Assembly (NCBI GenBank): GCA_963728135.1
Contig: CAVSJC010000019.1
Coordinates: 22,477-86,476 of the forward strand
Origin: an uncultured Nitrospiraceae bacterium
GTDB taxonomy: Bacteria; Nitrospirota; Nitrospiria; Nitrospirales; Nitrospiraceae
Length of the DNA stretch: 64,000 nt
Reading direction: 5' to 3'
Part shown: positions 30,013 through 40,241 of the stretch, piece by piece
Numbering within the stretch: position 1 is the first letter of the stretch
Layout: every line of letters begins with the position of its first letter
The notes under the pieces: model-generated
Told to the model about the DNA's origin: nothing
The model's database searches: none
The model's input: the letters and a program-made list of their open reading frames with translations, nothing else
Program-made: the position numbers and the translations under genes

Positions 30013-30588
30013 ATGAACGGCCAATCCGCAGCACCAATGTGGCACCAGGTCCATGATGGACTCCGGAGCTTTATTGGCAAACGTGTCGAGAACGACGCGG
30101 AGCGCGATGACATCCTTCAAGAAGTATTCTTGCGCGTACATCGCAGCGCAGAAAATCTCAAGGATCCGGAACGTCTCATATCCTGGATGTATCAGATCAC
30201 GCGCAACGTTATTATCGACTACTACCGTTCAGCGAAGCGACGGGAACTGCCGGTCGGTCTCTCCGCTGAGCTCGAAGAAAGCAACCCGCAACAGACAGAG
30301 CCTGAATCAACGGCTGCAGCAGAGCTGTCTGGCTGTCTCCGGCCCATGCTCAGTCATCTCTCGACAGAATACCAAGAAGCCATTCGGCTCGTGGAGCTCG
30401 AGGGAGTGACCCAGAAAGAAGCCGCGGACAAATTAGGCGTATCCTTACCCGCTATGAAATCACGCGTGCAGCGAGGACGTCAGCAACTTCGAAAAATGCT
30501 GGACGATTGCTGCTCTATTGAGCTGGACACACGTCACGGTGTGGCCGGGTTTGAACAAAGACGTCCAGGCAGTCCCCCCTGCAGCTGA
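30013..30588 (+). CDS. sigZ: ECF sigma factor, SigZ-like
   Basis: DDILQEVFLRVH, SWMYQITRNVIIDYYR, KSRVQRGRQQLRKMLDDCC; GGAGG RBS before ATG 30013. Confidence 0.82.
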   Translation: MNGQSAAPMWHQVHDGLRSFIGKRVENDAERDDILQEVFLRVHRSAENLKDPERLISWMYQITRNVIIDYYRSAKRRELPVGLSAELEESNPQQTEPESTAAAELSGCLRPMLSHLSTEYQEAIRLVELEGVTQKEAADKLGVSLPAMKSRVQRGRQQLRKMLDDCCSIELDTRHGVAGFEQRRPGSPPCS

Positions 30589-30705
30589 CCAAGCCTTTAT
30601 GGGAACCCTGTGAGACTGCCGCTCAAGCCATGCAGCGCATTGACCTGAATCTGGTTGGAGGGGCTAGCGACGTGGCAACAGCGGTTACAGCTTTTCATCC
30701 ATGTT

Positions 30706-31164
30706 TTAGGGGACAGAGGGTGCTTGTTGGGCTTGCGGGGGCGATTCAATTCGAGCCCAATTCGTCGCAGTCACACAGAGGGCAAATTTATCCGCTGGCG
30801 GAACGACATGGTGGATGGTGACCTTCGCCCCGCCATGGGGGTCGTTTGTCCACACACGAATGGCCTGGGTCGAGCCTTCCCCCGAACTCAGATAAACGGT
30901 AGTAAAGGCCAGTTCGTTCAGTGGGGCCCCCTTCTCATCTGTCGTCGGCTCTTGGTAAGAGACTGTGAGGTCTTTTTTTTCGCTGGGCATCGAGAGGGCG
31001 GTTTGTGAACACCCGGGAGGCAGGGGCACGCCGAAACTTGTCTCTTGCCGAAGCTCGTCAGCTTGAGCATTCTTTTCTAGCACCCGAGAGTTCTGAACGC
31101 TTTGACAGGCGGTCAACCAGAATGCTGCGATAAGAACCAGCCACCGGAATGAGTAACCGTTCAT
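30706..31164 (-). CDS. Hypothetical lipoprotein with Fn3-like beta fold
   Basis: Lipobox LTAC; LTVSYQEPTT...CVTATNWARIES. Confidence 0.65.
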   Translation of the reverse strand: MNGYSFRWLVLIAAFWLTACQSVQNSRVLEKNAQADELRQETSFGVPLPPGCSQTALSMPSEKKDLTVSYQEPTTDEKGAPLNELAFTTVYLSSGEGSTQAIRVWTNDPHGGAKVTIHHVVPPADKFALCVTATNWARIESPPQAQQAPSVP

Positions 31165-31978
31165 ATTGTGTCACTCACGCATGGACGCTAGTTGCTGACG
31201 AGGTTGTCAAAAGACCTAGACTGAGCCATGTTACGAAGATTTCGTCCTCGGCGAGGTAATGTATCTAGCTGACCCGAGGTTGAATACAACGGTTCGATTT
31301 GTCCGCACATGTCTCGGACTTTACGGAGTTCCATCCCATGCCTCAATACTGCTTACGAGGGGGACGGAAATGAAAGCCCAGTAGACACTCTATGGCAGGC
31401 GCTCACTTGGAATTCCTGTTTCGTCGCAACAACACGCCGGCTTGTTGTTTACGAATGCTGGTCCCAGGTTTGCGAAATAAGATCCATCCACCGCCAAAGC
31501 CCTCGAAACGAGTCACCGGTCCGGCTTGCGGACTTACATAGGTGATGATCGGATCGAAGCCGGTTTCCCGTTTCACCATTCGCAAACCGCGCAATCGAGT
31601 CCCGGGCAGGGCTATGAGAGTAGTGAAAAGAGCGCTGAAAGGCCCGCTCCCAATGCAGGGTCTGAGGGTTCTTCAATTCCGGATCGACGATTTTAAACGA
31701 GCGGGCGAGGGCAACACTGAGCCCTCCGACGAATGGCTGCGAGGCGTGCTTCCGTCTCGGTGCTGTAGTCGAGCTCCAATCGGGGAAGCGTCCTGAGATG
31801 TTCCAGGATGGGTTTCAACGATTTCTTCGTCGAGATCCCTGAAACCCTTCTTGATAACTAGATTCAATGAAGTCACTATATAACCTATGCTCAAGCTGTA
31901 TTTGCAGGAACGCTGGTTGTTATTGAGGATACTAGGGAACTCACCTCCGTCCCCCACATCAATTTTTTACGGGTTTAT

Positions 31979-34234
31979 ATGCATCTGTCATTGAGATTCA
32001 TCCTTCCTCTTGCTCTGGCCCTGGCAGCACTCGCCTACACTGTCATCCCCCTGGTCGATAACCTCACGCTCAAATGGTTTGTTCGAGATATGGAGATTCG
32101 CTCACAACTCATTGCGGCCACGATTGAAAGTTCGCTCGCGGACTCGTTGGCAGCCAATTCGAAAGCGAAGTTAGCCGGCTCTCTTGAGCGCCTCATAAAG
32201 GACGAGCGTCTGTACGCCGTGGGATTCTGCGACCGGGACGACAAGATGTCGTACAAGACCCATACATTTCCCGATTCCATTGTGTGTGGCAGAGAGGCCG
32301 CGAACGAAGCAGATCATACAGCTGTCGTGCAGCTGCCCCGCGGCCCGGTGCATGTGTCAGTGGTGAGAATCGAGGCAGAAGGTCGCACGCTCGGCCGGCT
32401 GATGCTGGTCCATGACATGAGCTGGGTCCAGCGTCGCAGCAGCGACACCAAATGGTATCTGTTCTATTTGTTTGTGGTGATCGGCGCGGTGACGTCGCTC
32501 ATCACGGTGCTGGTCGCCCATTTGAGCTGGAAGGGCTGGCTCGCGGGGGTCAGATCCATGCTGCGTGGCGAGGGCCTGCTCGCGGCGATCAGAGGAGGTC
32601 CGAACGAAGGCTATCACTCAGACCTCCAGCCGGTGGCGCAAGATCTGCGAGCGCTCATGCGGGATCTCGAATCGGACAAGCGGATGCGGGACGAACAACG
32701 GATCAGCTGGAGGCCCAACACGCTCAAAACGATTCTTCATGATCATTTAGCCGGAGACGAAGTACTCATCGTCTCGAATCGCCAGCCCTACACCCATATC
32801 CGGAACGGACAGCAGATTGATGTACAGGTGCCGGCCAGCGGACTCGTCACGGCCCTCGAGCCCGTCATGCGCGCCTGCTCGGGTGTGTGGATCGCTCATG
32901 GTCACGGCACCGCAGACCGGGAAGTGGTCGATGGTCGCGGCCACGTGGACGTGCCGCCGGACCATCCTGCGTATCAGATCAGACGGATCTGGATCACGCC
33001 GGAGGAGGAAAATGGGTACTATAACGGGTTTTCGAATGAAGGCCTGTGGCCGCTCTGCCACATGGCCCATGTCCGGCCGATCTTCCGGTCGTCAGACTGG
33101 CACTACTACAAGGCGATTAACGAGCGATTTACCCTGGCGGTCGTTGAGGAGGCCACCACGAATAACCCGGTGGTCCTCGTCCAGGATTATCATTTGGCGC
33201 TTGCGCCTAAAATGATTCGGGATCATCTTCCGGACGCCACGATCATCACGTTCTGGCATATTCCCTGGCCCAATTCCGAGCGCTATGCGATCTGTCCCTA
33301 CTCACGGGAAATTCTGGAAGGACTTCTCGGCAGCAGTATCATCGGTTTCCATACACGGTTTCACTGCAGCAACTTCATCGACAGTGTCGATCGGTTGCTC
33401 GAGGCCAGGATCGACCGGGACAATTCCACTATCTCGTATGGAGGCAAGCTTACCGCCGTCAATCCGTATCCGATTTCCATTGAGTGGCCCAGTCGGTGGC
33501 TTCCAGGCCAACCCCCGGTGGCCGACTGCCGAGTGCAAATCCGGATACAGCATGGGATGGAGCCCGATCGGTTCGTCGGCATCGGCGTGGAACGGCTCGA
33601 CTATACCAAAGGAATTCTTGAACGGTTCCTGGCGGTGGAACGACTGCTGGATCTGCAGCCTGAATGGATCGGCAGGTTTTCCTTCATCCAGATCGCCGCC
33701 CCGAGCCGCTCCATCATCGAACAATATCGGCGCTTCACCGAGGAAGTGACCGCTCTGGCGGCACGCATCAATGCCAGGTTTGAGCAGGATGGATATCGGC
33801 CGATCGAACTGATGGTGCAGCATTACGATCCCTCGGACCTCATGCGGTACTACCGCGGAGCGGATCTTTGCCTGGTCAGCAGCCTGCACGACGGCATGAA
33901 TCTGGTCGCCAAGGAATTTGTTTCGGCCCGGGACGACAACCAGGGTGTGCTCGTCCTAAGCGAATTCACCGGTGCCGCGCGGGAGCTTCAGGAAGCCCTC
34001 ATCGTGAACCCCTATGACATCGATCAGTGCGCCGCTGCGCTGCATTTGGCACTCACCATGCCACTCACCGAACAACGCGCTCGCATGCTCAGCATGCGCG
34101 GCACAGTGCAGGAATTTAACGTGTATCGCTGGGCGGGGCGGATGCTCATGGACGCTGCGCGGATCCGACAACGTGCGAGAGTGATGCAGCAAGTTGGCGA
34201 CCGGAAGGAACAGATCAGCGGCAAGGGGCGATGA
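31979..34234 (+). CDS. otsA: Trehalose-6-phosphate synthase (GT20) with N-terminal TM-periplasmic-TM extension
   Basis: [53 protein letters not shown]; ~255-aa N-terminal extension with two hydrophobic helices. Confidence 0.9.
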   Translation: MHLSLRFILPLALALAALAYTVIPLVDNLTLKWFVRDMEIRSQLIAATIESSLADSLAANSKAKLAGSLERLIKDERLYAVGFCDRDDKMSYKTHTFPDSIVCGREAANEADHTAVVQLPRGPVHVSVVRIEAEGRTLGRLMLVHDMSWVQRRSSDTKWYLFYLFVVIGAVTSLITVLVAHLSWKGWLAGVRSMLRGEGLLAAIRGGPNEGYHSDLQPVAQDLRALMRDLESDKRMRDEQRISWRPNTLKTILHDHLAGDEVLIVSNRQPYTHIRNGQQIDVQVPASGLVTALEPVMRACSGVWIAHGHGTADREVVDGRGHVDVPPDHPAYQIRRIWITPEEENGYYNGFSNEGLWPLCHMAHVRPIFRSSDWHYYKAINERFTLAVVEEATTNNPVVLVQDYHLALAPKMIRDHLPDATIITFWHIPWPNSERYAICPYSREILEGLLGSSIIGFHTRFHCSNFIDSVDRLLEARIDRDNSTISYGGKLTAVNPYPISIEWPSRWLPGQPPVADCRVQIRIQHGMEPDRFVGIGVERLDYTKGILERFLAVERLLDLQPEWIGRFSFIQIAAPSRSIIEQYRRFTEEVTALAARINARFEQDGYRPIELMVQHYDPSDLMRYYRGADLCLVSSLHDGMNLVAKEFVSARDDNQGVLVLSEFTGAARELQEALIVNPYDIDQCAAALHLALTMPLTEQRARMLSMRGTVQEFNVYRWAGRMLMDAARIRQRARVMQQVGDRKEQISGKGR

Positions 34235-34299
34235 CGTATCTGTTTTCACCGGCTGGCCGTCAGGCGCTGAAGGCGCTTTCATGGCAGCGTATCCTTTAC
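34231..34299 (+). pseudogene. otsB: Probable truncated 5' end of trehalose-6-phosphate phosphatase
   Basis: ATGA overlap with the otsA stop; [23 protein letters not shown] breaks off exactly where a HAD xFDFDGTL motif would follow. Confidence 0.5.
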
Positions 34300-34446
34300 G
34301 GTCGTAAGCCCGAAGGAAACCACAAAGCAGGATGGAGCCGACAGGGCGGCCGAGATGGGACTGGTTTGTCCTGTCCTGGTGCAAGGTGCAGGAAAGACCG
34401 GCGAAGGTGTCGCGAGACGGATGCTCCGCCTCGCGATCAGACAGGC

Positions 34447-34824
34447 TTACTTACCGGCCACTTTGATCATGGCAGGGACGTGCTTCGGGTGTAATTGGCA
34501 GTAAACCTTGTGTTCCGAGACGGTTTTATCGATTTTTTCAAGCGGCACGGTGATGGTCTTTTCCTCACCCGGCTTGATGACCTCCTTCACATTCATGGAA
34601 TCGATCGCAAGGCCGTGCTCGGCCGCCAGCGTGTTTTTCACTTTGAAGGTTACTGGTCCTTTGAGGTCAATCGTGCCGCTACCTTCCCAGATTTTCGAGC
34701 CGTCTTTCTCCGACGTGGTCAGGGTAATATCTCCGGCCTGAACCGGCGGAGCCACGCAGATAAGTGCAACCAGCGCCAGGGCAACCAGACCTGCTCGTTT
34801 AATTCCCTTTAGAGCGTTTCCCAT
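34447..34824 (-). CDS. Secreted cupredoxin, nitrosocyanin-like
   Basis: GGAGG RBS, signal peptide ending VQA, KNTLAAEHGLAID, VKEVIKPGEEKTITV, YCQLHPKH. Confidence 0.78.
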   Translation of the reverse strand: MGNALKGIKRAGLVALALVALICVAPPVQAGDITLTTSEKDGSKIWEGSGTIDLKGPVTFKVKNTLAAEHGLAIDSMNVKEVIKPGEEKTITVPLEKIDKTVSEHKVYCQLHPKHVPAMIKVAGK

Positions 34825-34947
34825 AACTACCTCCCGTCTGTTGAGATTGATCACAGTGACATGATGGCCAAGAATCTGTGCAAAAAACAAGGAGGGAGGC
34901 TACTCGAAGTTGAGTGAACGGCAAGCCCCTTCAGGCGGGTCAGTCCA

Positions 34948-36258
34948 TCAACGAATCCCGGACTGCCGTATCAGATTTTCATAAAGCGCCTCATACGCCG
35001 CAATGGACCTTTCCCAACCAAGGTTGGTGCAAGCCCAGGCGCGGGCGCGAGTCGCGAGTGCGGCACGTTGCGCAGAATTGAGAAGAAGATGAACGACGGT
35101 ATCGACAAATTGCTCGTCACTCTCGGCTAGCAGAATCTGCTTTCCATCCTCCACATCGAGCCCCTCAACGGCCAGTCGCGACGCCACCACTGCTTTCCCG
35201 GCAGCAAGGGCTTCTTTCACTTTGACACGCAGCCCGCCGCCCATACGAAGCGGCACGACCACCACCGCAGCGCGGTCGAGATAAGGCGTCACATCCGGGA
35301 CGCGTCCTGTAACAACGATGGTCTCGTTCGCCAGCTCCCGAATCTGGGCTGTTGGTTGGTCGCCAACGATGTGGAGGTTTACGCCTGGGATGTGCGCCTG
35401 CACTCGCGGAAAAATCGCATTGCTGAGACGCACGGCGGCATCGATATTGGGTGGATGCATAAAATTCCCGACAAACAGCAGGTTCAACGGTTCGTCACCA
35501 TGCGGGTTAAGCGGCTGTTTCGGAATTGCCGTCCCGGAAGGGATACGCACAATGGGAAGGGATATGGAAACATGTGCGAGCGCTTCTCGATCGCACTCAG
35601 TGAAGACGACGAGCGCCTGGACCCAACTGAGGATGGTCCGCTCAAACCGCTCCCAAGCAAGCATGTCGAAATAGCGGATCACGCGCGCGATGCCTCGGCT
35701 TGATTGCCAGTGGTCTCGAGCCGCAGCTGCTCCGGGTTCATGCTGAATGAGCAGGCGCGGAGCTGGGCACTTGCCAAGACAGGAAAGATATTGTCCCATC
35801 ACGTGAAACTCGACATTCACGATATCAGGGCGCCATGTTTCGGCTAAGACCCGAACGCGAGAACGCAATGCGGCAACCGAGCAACCAGCGACCCACAAAG
35901 GCCAGCCGCGAAGCAATGATCTGATTCGTGTCCACCCCGATGCAAGTGAAAAACCGGGATTAGGTCGCATGACCTCCTCGACCAGCTCACAACGTTCTTG
36001 CAGGACTGGATCGAGCGGAGGATCAGCGGGGGCGCGAAGATATATCAACGCAATTCGGTGGCGAGACGACAGATGGGCTAGCAATTGTGCCGCCGTTCGA
36101 CCTCCGCCGTGTGTGGCGTCCAACCGGGGAGGAAACGGAAGCAGAAAAAGGAGCCGCCTCTTGGATTGGGATTCAGGTTGCTGAATACATTGTTTGTCCA
36201 TCGGAGCAGGTACCCGGTTCCTTGAAGCAGTCGGACGCCGATGGTATTGAAGTTTCAT
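34948..36258 (-). CDS. Glycosyltransferase family 4
   Basis: LLFVGNFMHPPNIDA, TGRVPDV, PLRMGGGLRVKVKEALAAGKAVV. Confidence 0.88.
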   Translation of the reverse strand: MKLQYHRRPTASRNRVPAPMDKQCIQQPESQSKRRLLFLLPFPPRLDATHGGGRTAAQLLAHLSSRHRIALIYLRAPADPPLDPVLQERCELVEEVMRPNPGFSLASGWTRIRSLLRGWPLWVAGCSVAALRSRVRVLAETWRPDIVNVEFHVMGQYLSCLGKCPAPRLLIQHEPGAAAARDHWQSSRGIARVIRYFDMLAWERFERTILSWVQALVVFTECDREALAHVSISLPIVRIPSGTAIPKQPLNPHGDEPLNLLFVGNFMHPPNIDAAVRLSNAIFPRVQAHIPGVNLHIVGDQPTAQIRELANETIVVTGRVPDVTPYLDRAAVVVVPLRMGGGLRVKVKEALAAGKAVVASRLAVEGLDVEDGKQILLAESDEQFVDTVVHLLLNSAQRAALATRARAWACTNLGWERSIAAYEALYENLIRQSGIR

Positions 36259-36293
36259 CTAGACGCTCTGAGTGACGCGTTCATGACAGGCAT

Positions 36294-37274
36294 TTAGCGC
36301 CGACGATCTTCTCTTAGAAGTATTTTCTGGCATACAGCTCTGTCTTCTGAAATTTTCCTTCGCCTGTTCACATCACGAGTAAAAGCAAGACGTAGAGTGC
36401 CACCAATCCATTTGGCCAGCATGAGGCATTTCACCATGATGCTCATGACGCCAATGCTCAATCGAGAGCTGTGCCGTTGATAAAACAGATTGGTGCTGTG
36501 AAGCATCTGAACCGCCATATCAGTGCGAACTTGGTCGGTGCTTGCTCCTCCGACATGTATGACGGTGGTGACGGGTGTAAAGTGAATTTCCCAGCCGGCT
36601 TTCTTCATGCGGCAACAAAGATCGGCATCTTCAAAATACATAAAGAAGGACTCGTCGAAACCGCCCACCGCCTTAAATGCTTCGCGGCGTATGGCTAGGA
36701 CCGCTCCCTTTACCCAGGGAACAATGCGGGCAGAATCATGCGGCCAGGTGCGCCAATACAGTCCCCGGATTCCAGGGATGTAACGACGAATCAGTCGCCC
36801 TAAAAACAACCGCCACAGTGCTATTTTCAAGGAATGTATCGAGCGGCGTTGGAAAAGGATAGCAGGATGCTTGTAACGTTCCGTCGGCATTTACCAATCG
36901 AGGCCCGACGATTGAGGCTCGCGGATGGTCGTCGAGATAGCGGCCTAGCGCTTCAAGTGCTCCTGTTTGGAGAAGTGTATCGCTATTGAGCAATACGACA
37001 TATTGAGCGCTACAGCCCGCAATCGCCTGGTTTGCTGCTGCACCATAACCAAGGTTAGTCCTATTGGCATGAAGGCGTACCCAGGGATACTTGGATTTCA
37101 CCATCTCCACGCTGCCATCCGATGAGTTGTTATCGACAACGACCACTTGGCTTGCCGCCTCTGGTCTGATAGAGCCGAGACAGGCTTGCAGTTCCACGCA
37201 GGTATTATGATTTACGATAATGATTGCGATAGATTTGTCGTCGATACTGTCAGATTGCCTGTTGCCGATATCAT
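36294..37274 (-). CDS. Glycosyltransferase family 2 (WbbL-like), with frameshifts near 36804 and near the start
   Basis: IIIVNHNT, VVVDNNSSDGS, NLGYGAAAN, LLNSD; after a T-run shift, WVKGAVLAIRR, GGFDESFFMYFEDADLC. Confidence 0.85.
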
Positions 37275-37345
37275 GCTAAATGTTTCTTGTTATAAGGCGC
37301 ATAAATAGGCTCGCCGGCAGAGCCCGGTCAGCGTGCGGCCTGCCA

Positions 37346-38302
37346 TCATGAGACAGCCTTGACCGGGTTGGTGAATTGGCAGCGCAGAAGTGCCGTATGT
37401 GCGAGCAACTCTTCTATCGTACAGATGAAGTTATCCAGAAAACGGCATGTCGCCATGTCACCGGTACGGACCACCATGGTCAGCGGAGCATCTGTCACCG
37501 CGTCGAGCTCGGTCTTCAGGTAATGTCGGACATACGTAGACTGGAGCGCCAGGTTCAGGGAACGGCTAGCCTTGACCAAATACGGTGGGTGCCACATCCA
37601 CCGCCATGCCGGCGGTGTTGTCGTAAGCGGTATGATCCACAGTGAGCCTGCTTGCGCATCACCGTCGGCCGGGACCATGAAATTCCCAGAGGAAGGTTGG
37701 TATGGTTCACGCGGTACGCTACGATAATCCGGCAGTGTTCCGGTCGCATGAGGATCATCGAAGAATGCTTCGGCCGGCAATCCCGGTTCAACCGTCAGGT
37801 CATACCGAATACCGGACGCCTCCATCAAATCGACTGCCTCTTGATTGAGCCACCGATCGCCGAACCGGCAAGCCTGCGGCGCACGATGAAACAGGGTCCT
37901 GAACGAGTCGATCGAGGTCTGTAGGCACTCGGTCGTCCAGTCCCGATCGTTTAAGTCATTGAACCACTCTCTCCGTCGCGGATGCCAACGCCAGAGATGC
38001 GGGTGCACACCGCAAAAGTCTCCATGGTCTTGTATGTAGCGGAGAAGGTCCGGGCATGCATCCGCGACATGGTTTGCTGTTCCCCACGTCTCTCGGATTT
38101 GTGGATCAAGGCGCAAGAACCAGTTGAATTCCACCTGGGTTCGCGTCAATTCCTCCAACTGTCTCCGTAAGGTACGGATATGGCCAAGAAATATTTTGGA
38201 TCCTTCCCAGCCTCCTTCGCAGGGGCGTACCTTGCGGGCGTCTGGTTCGACGTCAATCAAGAACAGGACCGGACGCCGCTGAGATTGTTGCGGAAGGTTC
38301 AT
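37346..38302 (-). CDS. Polysaccharide deacetylase-like protein
   Basis: FLIDVEPD, GVHPH, RFGDRW, YDLTVEPG, IIPLT resemble a NodB-like fold; upstream of two GTs. Confidence 0.6.
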   Translation of the reverse strand: MNLPQQSQRRPVLFLIDVEPDARKVRPCEGGWEGSKIFLGHIRTLRRQLEELTRTQVEFNWFLRLDPQIRETWGTANHVADACPDLLRYIQDHGDFCGVHPHLWRWHPRRREWFNDLNDRDWTTECLQTSIDSFRTLFHRAPQACRFGDRWLNQEAVDLMEASGIRYDLTVEPGLPAEAFFDDPHATGTLPDYRSVPREPYQPSSGNFMVPADGDAQAGSLWIIPLTTTPPAWRWMWHPPYLVKASRSLNLALQSTYVRHYLKTELDAVTDAPLTMVVRTGDMATCRFLDNFICTIEELLAHTALLRCQFTNPVKAVS

Positions 38303-39066
38303 GATTCACGAGCCCATCCAGTATTTGTTTCGTTATGTCATCGTTCCCGTTGAGGGAGTAGCACAAAGGTTGTGGCTACCGAATAACCTAGAGGTACTGA
38401 TTGCAACCACACGACGTGTGGCTGTGATCGGCACCGATTCTCCATGAGCGTTCTCAGATACGACGTCATCATAATTGAGAACATCCTTTTGTGGCTACCG
38501 CCGGCTGTGTAAGAAGGTGTAGGCCTTTTTGGGATGTATCAGCCATTAGACGGACTCGTGTTCGAGACGATAAAGGATCCAGTTCCCGTTCCAGCCGCTC
38601 AAAATAGGGCCTACAACCGACCAGAGGTTCAACCACCTACGGGGCAGGGAGTATGGACCTGCAGATAAGAAGGTGCCACGGTGGAATTCACTTCACCGAT
38701 CGCAAAATCTTCCACGGCGATCTTCCTCCAGGGGTTTCATAGCGCTACCTCAGACACTCACATTCTCCGGTTTAATCACAATAGCCAACCAAGGGACTGT
38801 CCCAGCTACACAAAAAGCCTATTTCTCTGTTAGGGGTGAGGTATGCAAAGAACGACCGAATTCCGATCCTGATCCAGTACCGCCGGAGCCGGATCCTTTT
38901 CCGCCGCCACAACCTCCGACGCCGGGCCCGCAACCGCCTCCTCTGAATCGCCGGCTCGGCCTCCGATTCCGCGGTTGTGACGTATAAGGTTCTTCAAGCA
39001 GCCGTTCTTCAACGACCACTCCGTCCATGAAGAGGCCCCAGCGTAGACTATCAAGGAGGTAACATC

Positions 39067-39702
39067 ATGAAAAATCGCTCGTATGAAGTACAGTCCTTTG
39101 ATCTCCACGGGCTCAATGGTATTTCGGATCGAACGATGGAGACGCATTTCAAACTGTATGAGGGCTATGTCAAGGAGACGAATCGCCTCAATGAAGAGAT
39201 TCGGGAGTTCCTGAAGGATGGGAAGGTGGATCAAGAGGAAATGCCGGCCTATTCGGAGCTGACCCGTCGCCTCGGATTTGAATACAACGGCATGGTCCTG
39301 CATGAATTGTATTTTGCCAATATGATAAAAGGCGAAGCGAAAGGTCCGTCCAGCGGATCTGCATTCGCGGACGCCGTCAAAGAGAGTTTCGGCAATTATG
39401 AGTCATGGAAAACCGACTTCGCCGGCGTGGGAAAAATGCGTGGCGTCGGCTGGGCCATCTGCTATCAAAACCCTGCCAATGGTTACCTGTCTAACCATTG
39501 GGTGACACTCCATGAACATGGGAACGTCGCGGGATTTGTTCCCGTGCTGGTCATGGACGTCTGGGAGCATGCGTATCTGCTGGATTATCGACCGGCAGAG
39601 AGAGGTCGCTATATCGACGCCTTCTTCTTGAATATCAATTGGAAGACGGTCGACGCCCGTACTGCCGGTGCGATGGCACATGTCGGAGCGGGAATACGCT
39701 GA
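39067..39702 (+). CDS. Fe/Mn superoxide dismutase family protein
   Basis: HFKLYEGYV, NGMVLHELYF, DVWEHAY. Confidence 0.9.
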   Translation: MKNRSYEVQSFDLHGLNGISDRTMETHFKLYEGYVKETNRLNEEIREFLKDGKVDQEEMPAYSELTRRLGFEYNGMVLHELYFANMIKGEAKGPSSGSAFADAVKESFGNYESWKTDFAGVGKMRGVGWAICYQNPANGYLSNHWVTLHEHGNVAGFVPVLVMDVWEHAYLLDYRPAERGRYIDAFFLNINWKTVDARTAGAMAHVGAGIR

Positions 39703-39734
39703 CGTTTCAGCAGAGGAATCCGGGGACCAGCAGT

Positions 39735-39799
39735 GCGCGCCCGTCGGCAGTTGCCGACGGCGCGCTCAGCCCAAAGCCCCCGAAAAGTCAAACGGGGGC
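39735..39799. repeat. Two consecutive GC-rich hairpins after the SOD gene
   Basis: GCGCGCCCGTCGGCA-gt-TGCCGACGGCGCGC and GCCCCCG-10 nt-CGGGGGC. Confidence 0.55.
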
Positions 39800-39829
39800 G
39801 CAATTTCCACAAATAGCTGCCAGCACTCA

Positions 39830-40009
39830 GACGCCGATTATGATCAGCTGGAGAAGGAACTGCAGGCCCATTTTGAGGCATCGTTCAAAACGATACTGAC
39901 ATGGCAAGTCGGTCCAACTCGGCAGATCCTTCGCAAACTGTTCAATGGAGATCGTCTCCCCTTCATTCCTACCACCGACGACACTGGATCTCGGTATGAA
40001 TTCAAGGCA
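39830..40009 (+). pseudogene. Probable C-terminal remnant of a large serine recombinase
   Basis: YDQLEKELQAHF...TRQILRKLFNGDRLPFIP...RYEFKA resembles LSR C-termini (recognition only); abuts the tRNA-derived repeat. Confidence 0.45.
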
Positions 40010-40169
40010 ACCTTGAAAGGGATAAACAGTAGCAAATCTTGCAAATCGGTTGTTTCGCTAAATCGGGCGGTCTTCCCATTTTTACGAGTCTTTTCCCATA
40101 GTTCTAGAGGAGGAATATTTCAGGCCCAATTTTATCTATTCTTATGGATCCTGCATTTTCTGTTCTTTC

Positions 40170-40186
40170 TGTCACGCTGGTGTCAC
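40170..40186 (+). repeat. Arm-type-like repeat, left copy
   Basis: TGTCACGCTGGTGTCAC; 16/17 identical to 52413-52429. Confidence 0.65.
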
Positions 40187-40241
40187 AGCTCTGGTCAACT
40201 ATCGACGCTGTCCAAGCAGTGAGAAGTCTGGACTATTGCTG

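Noticed and set aside
31170-31970. 800-bp gap before otsA as an ncRNA or IS
   Set aside because: No convincing structure, repeat or coding signal by eye; an Rfam search would be needed.
38350-38680. Recurrent TGTGGCTAC / GTAGC motifs between the deacetylase and SOD genes
   Set aside because: Could be regulator half-sites, but they are too short and irregular to support a call.
39668-40222. 184-aa ORF as an intact gene
   Set aside because: It is a chimera of the SOD end, hairpins, the recombinase remnant and AT-rich att-arm DNA.
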